Shown one piece after another: positions 61,989 through 64,000 of a DNA stretch of 64,000 bases. The position numbers were made by a program, and so were the translations under genes. Source of the stretch: Macrostomum lignano (Eukaryota); contig NIVC01000070.1 in assembly GCA_002269645.1 (NCBI GenBank), forward strand, positions 620,001 through 684,000. Direction: 5' to 3'. The notes beneath the pieces are model-generated. The model made no database searches. It saw nothing but the letters and a program-made list of their open reading frames with translations, and was not told the DNA's origin. How positions within the stretch are numbered: position 1 is the stretch's first letter; each line of letters starts with the position of its first letter.

Positions 61989-64000
61989 GATGGGTCGTTC
62001 TTAAAGTTTAGTCGTAAGCAGTGAAACAAATATTTTTGAAAATCAGCCTGAAATATTAAATCTTTTCTTATTGTAGCTCTAAAAGGACTTAAAATATAAA
62101 TGCCTCTCATGGGTCTTAATCTTTTTTAACATTGAACTTTTGATGTTAATCTCAACAGAGTGCGCTATTTCATTTTTCGATATATATTTTTATTATCGCA
62201 CGAGCTATAATACCCACTTTAGAGAAGCTACATTCTGTTCACGTGGTCTTATTAAAGAAGAAAATTGATAAATGTTATTTATATCTTTGGTTAGCACAAC
62301 CTAGAACCCATTTAACTCTTTCGATTGCAAAGCAGATGTTGTTATTTCGATTTTCGCTAGAAACGTAACATTATTAATGATTAAAAAATCCACTTTTAAT
62401 TAATTTGTTCTGTTGATGGAATCAGCTAATAGCTGCGTTTTCTGATGTTTTTTTAAGAAAGATAGTCATATCTAACACTAAAGTATCAATTAAGGCAGTT
62501 TCATTCAATATTAAAAAAGAAAAGTTAATTAAATTCAATTTTAAGTCTTTTTCAATAGCACAAAATTAACCTAACAAAGAGAGATTTAGCTGACTACAAC
62601 AAAGCAAGTAGCACCAAAGTTATTTTAATTCAAAGTCCTCATCTGTGGGATGAGAAAAAGTACCACTTTTTTGTCTCTAGTTATGAAAAAAATTTTCTCA
62701 GCACATTGTTAGGTTTTTTGGATGTTTTTTTTATGTATTTAGATGAATTTTTGCTATTGATCACCCAATACGAGCGTATGTTAGTCAGAACAAACAGAAT
62801 TTGATTTATGTAGATAAAATCGACTATTTTTCTCTTAAAAACAGTCGTTTTTTGTTGTTTTCACTCAAAAAATTTTTTAACTGATTTAAAATTTGTATTG
62901 TAAGTTACAAGTAAACATAATGAGTCAAAACAAGAGGTAGTAGAAACTGAAAAGAAAATAAGAGTAACGAATAATAAAAAAGTTGCATGATTTGATCAGT
63001 CAAGAAATAGTATTAAAACAATTTTGCATCTGATTTATTATCAATGAAATTATCTGTCTAAAGCACAAAAAATTAATTTCTTTGAAACATTAAATTCATT
63101 CTCATATGTGCTGCACTTCATTAAAGATATACATGTAGCAACTTAAACATTCAGTTGATACTTTCCACCTTTGGATGCATATAGCTACTAACAAAAAAAA
63201 GATAAAAGAAAAAACTTAATTGCCATTGATGCTGGCAATGTAATATTAAATATGGTACAGAAAGATGGAATCTCTACAGAGTGCTGCCACACGAATTTGT
63301 GAAGTGTTTAACAGATTAGTCATGGCAGTCCCATAACAGACATACTATATTTTATATTTACTCTTCGATTGACAATTACGCTTTAGATATGTTTTAGATG
63401 ATGATTTTCCATTGGGACTGACTCTATATATACCGAGGCCGGACACAGTTAAGTGCGGCTGACAGCACTGAAGCGGCGATAAACAGAGAATGCGATGAGC
63501 TGTGGCCTGTGGAGACAGCCATCTGATGTACGAGCATCAGTAGAAGGGAAAGAAATCCAATAGTGTCTTGCTATTGGTTTGTTACATGTACAGCGAACAT
63601 CTACTTTTATTCTAATGTGATCGATTTAATTCTACTGACCCAATTGGCTAAAGCACTGTAAACTGCACACATCTCGGACGGATATGTAATGCCATTTGCT
63701 GCACTTTTACCTGTTTCTCTGCCAGAACACCAGCATCATTGTATGTGCCACAATGCTAAGATGTGCAGCGGTCCTTTGGATGTGGTTAGTTCTGCAGGCA
63801 TCGACGTAATTTATCAAATGAGACGAATTGTATACCGAGCATGACAGCTAGTGCAGGGCCAGAATTGATTACAGAGGTTCGCCAGAGCAATTGCAGTGAT
63901 CCATGTGGCTGCCAAGTCAGACGTCTGTAATAGGCCAACTTACCAAGACCAAAGTATTTAATTTAAATTTATGGCTCTGTTCTTTTAGTAGTTATGCAGC

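Noticed and set aside
63400-64000. More GC-rich segment possibly from a retroelement or another gene
   Set aside because: No ORF of 60 aa or more and no motif I can name.
1-64000. tRNA, rRNA, snRNA, SL RNA genes or telomeric repeats
   Set aside because: None recognised by eye; a covariance-model search (tRNAscan-SE, Infernal/Rfam) is needed to exclude them.

Overview
Eukaryotic (metazoan) genomic DNA with GT-AG introns, GC-rich poly-Q/poly-A-rich exons and AT-rich intergenic DNA. The style resembles free-living flatworms such as Macrostomum, but that is inference only. Hand-spliced gene models: the 5' part of a DHX33-like DEAH helicase (-), a complete 8-exon glycogen phosphorylase (-), a CEP120 homologue (+), an uncharacterised low-complexity gene (-), an orphan 197-aa ORF (-), a MORC3/4-like GHKL ATPase with zf-CW (-) and an uninterrupted TBP core (-). 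Mobile DNA: an internally deleted THAP/P-like element with 116-bp TIRs and an 8-bp TSD, a Mutator-like element with a 10-bp TSD, several MITEs, a Helitron-like fragment and a BEL/Pao remnant. The main unexplained pattern is that about 17 of 23-24 modelled introns, and most intergenic gaps, hold minisatellite arrays (18-53 bp units), mostly a different unit each time. One 28-bp family recurs at three loci, and one 18-bp family forms an inverted pair around a CEP120 exon. The CEP120 model also goes straight from the first C2 domain to the coiled coil. Coordinates were counted by hand; repeat boundaries and copy numbers are approximate.
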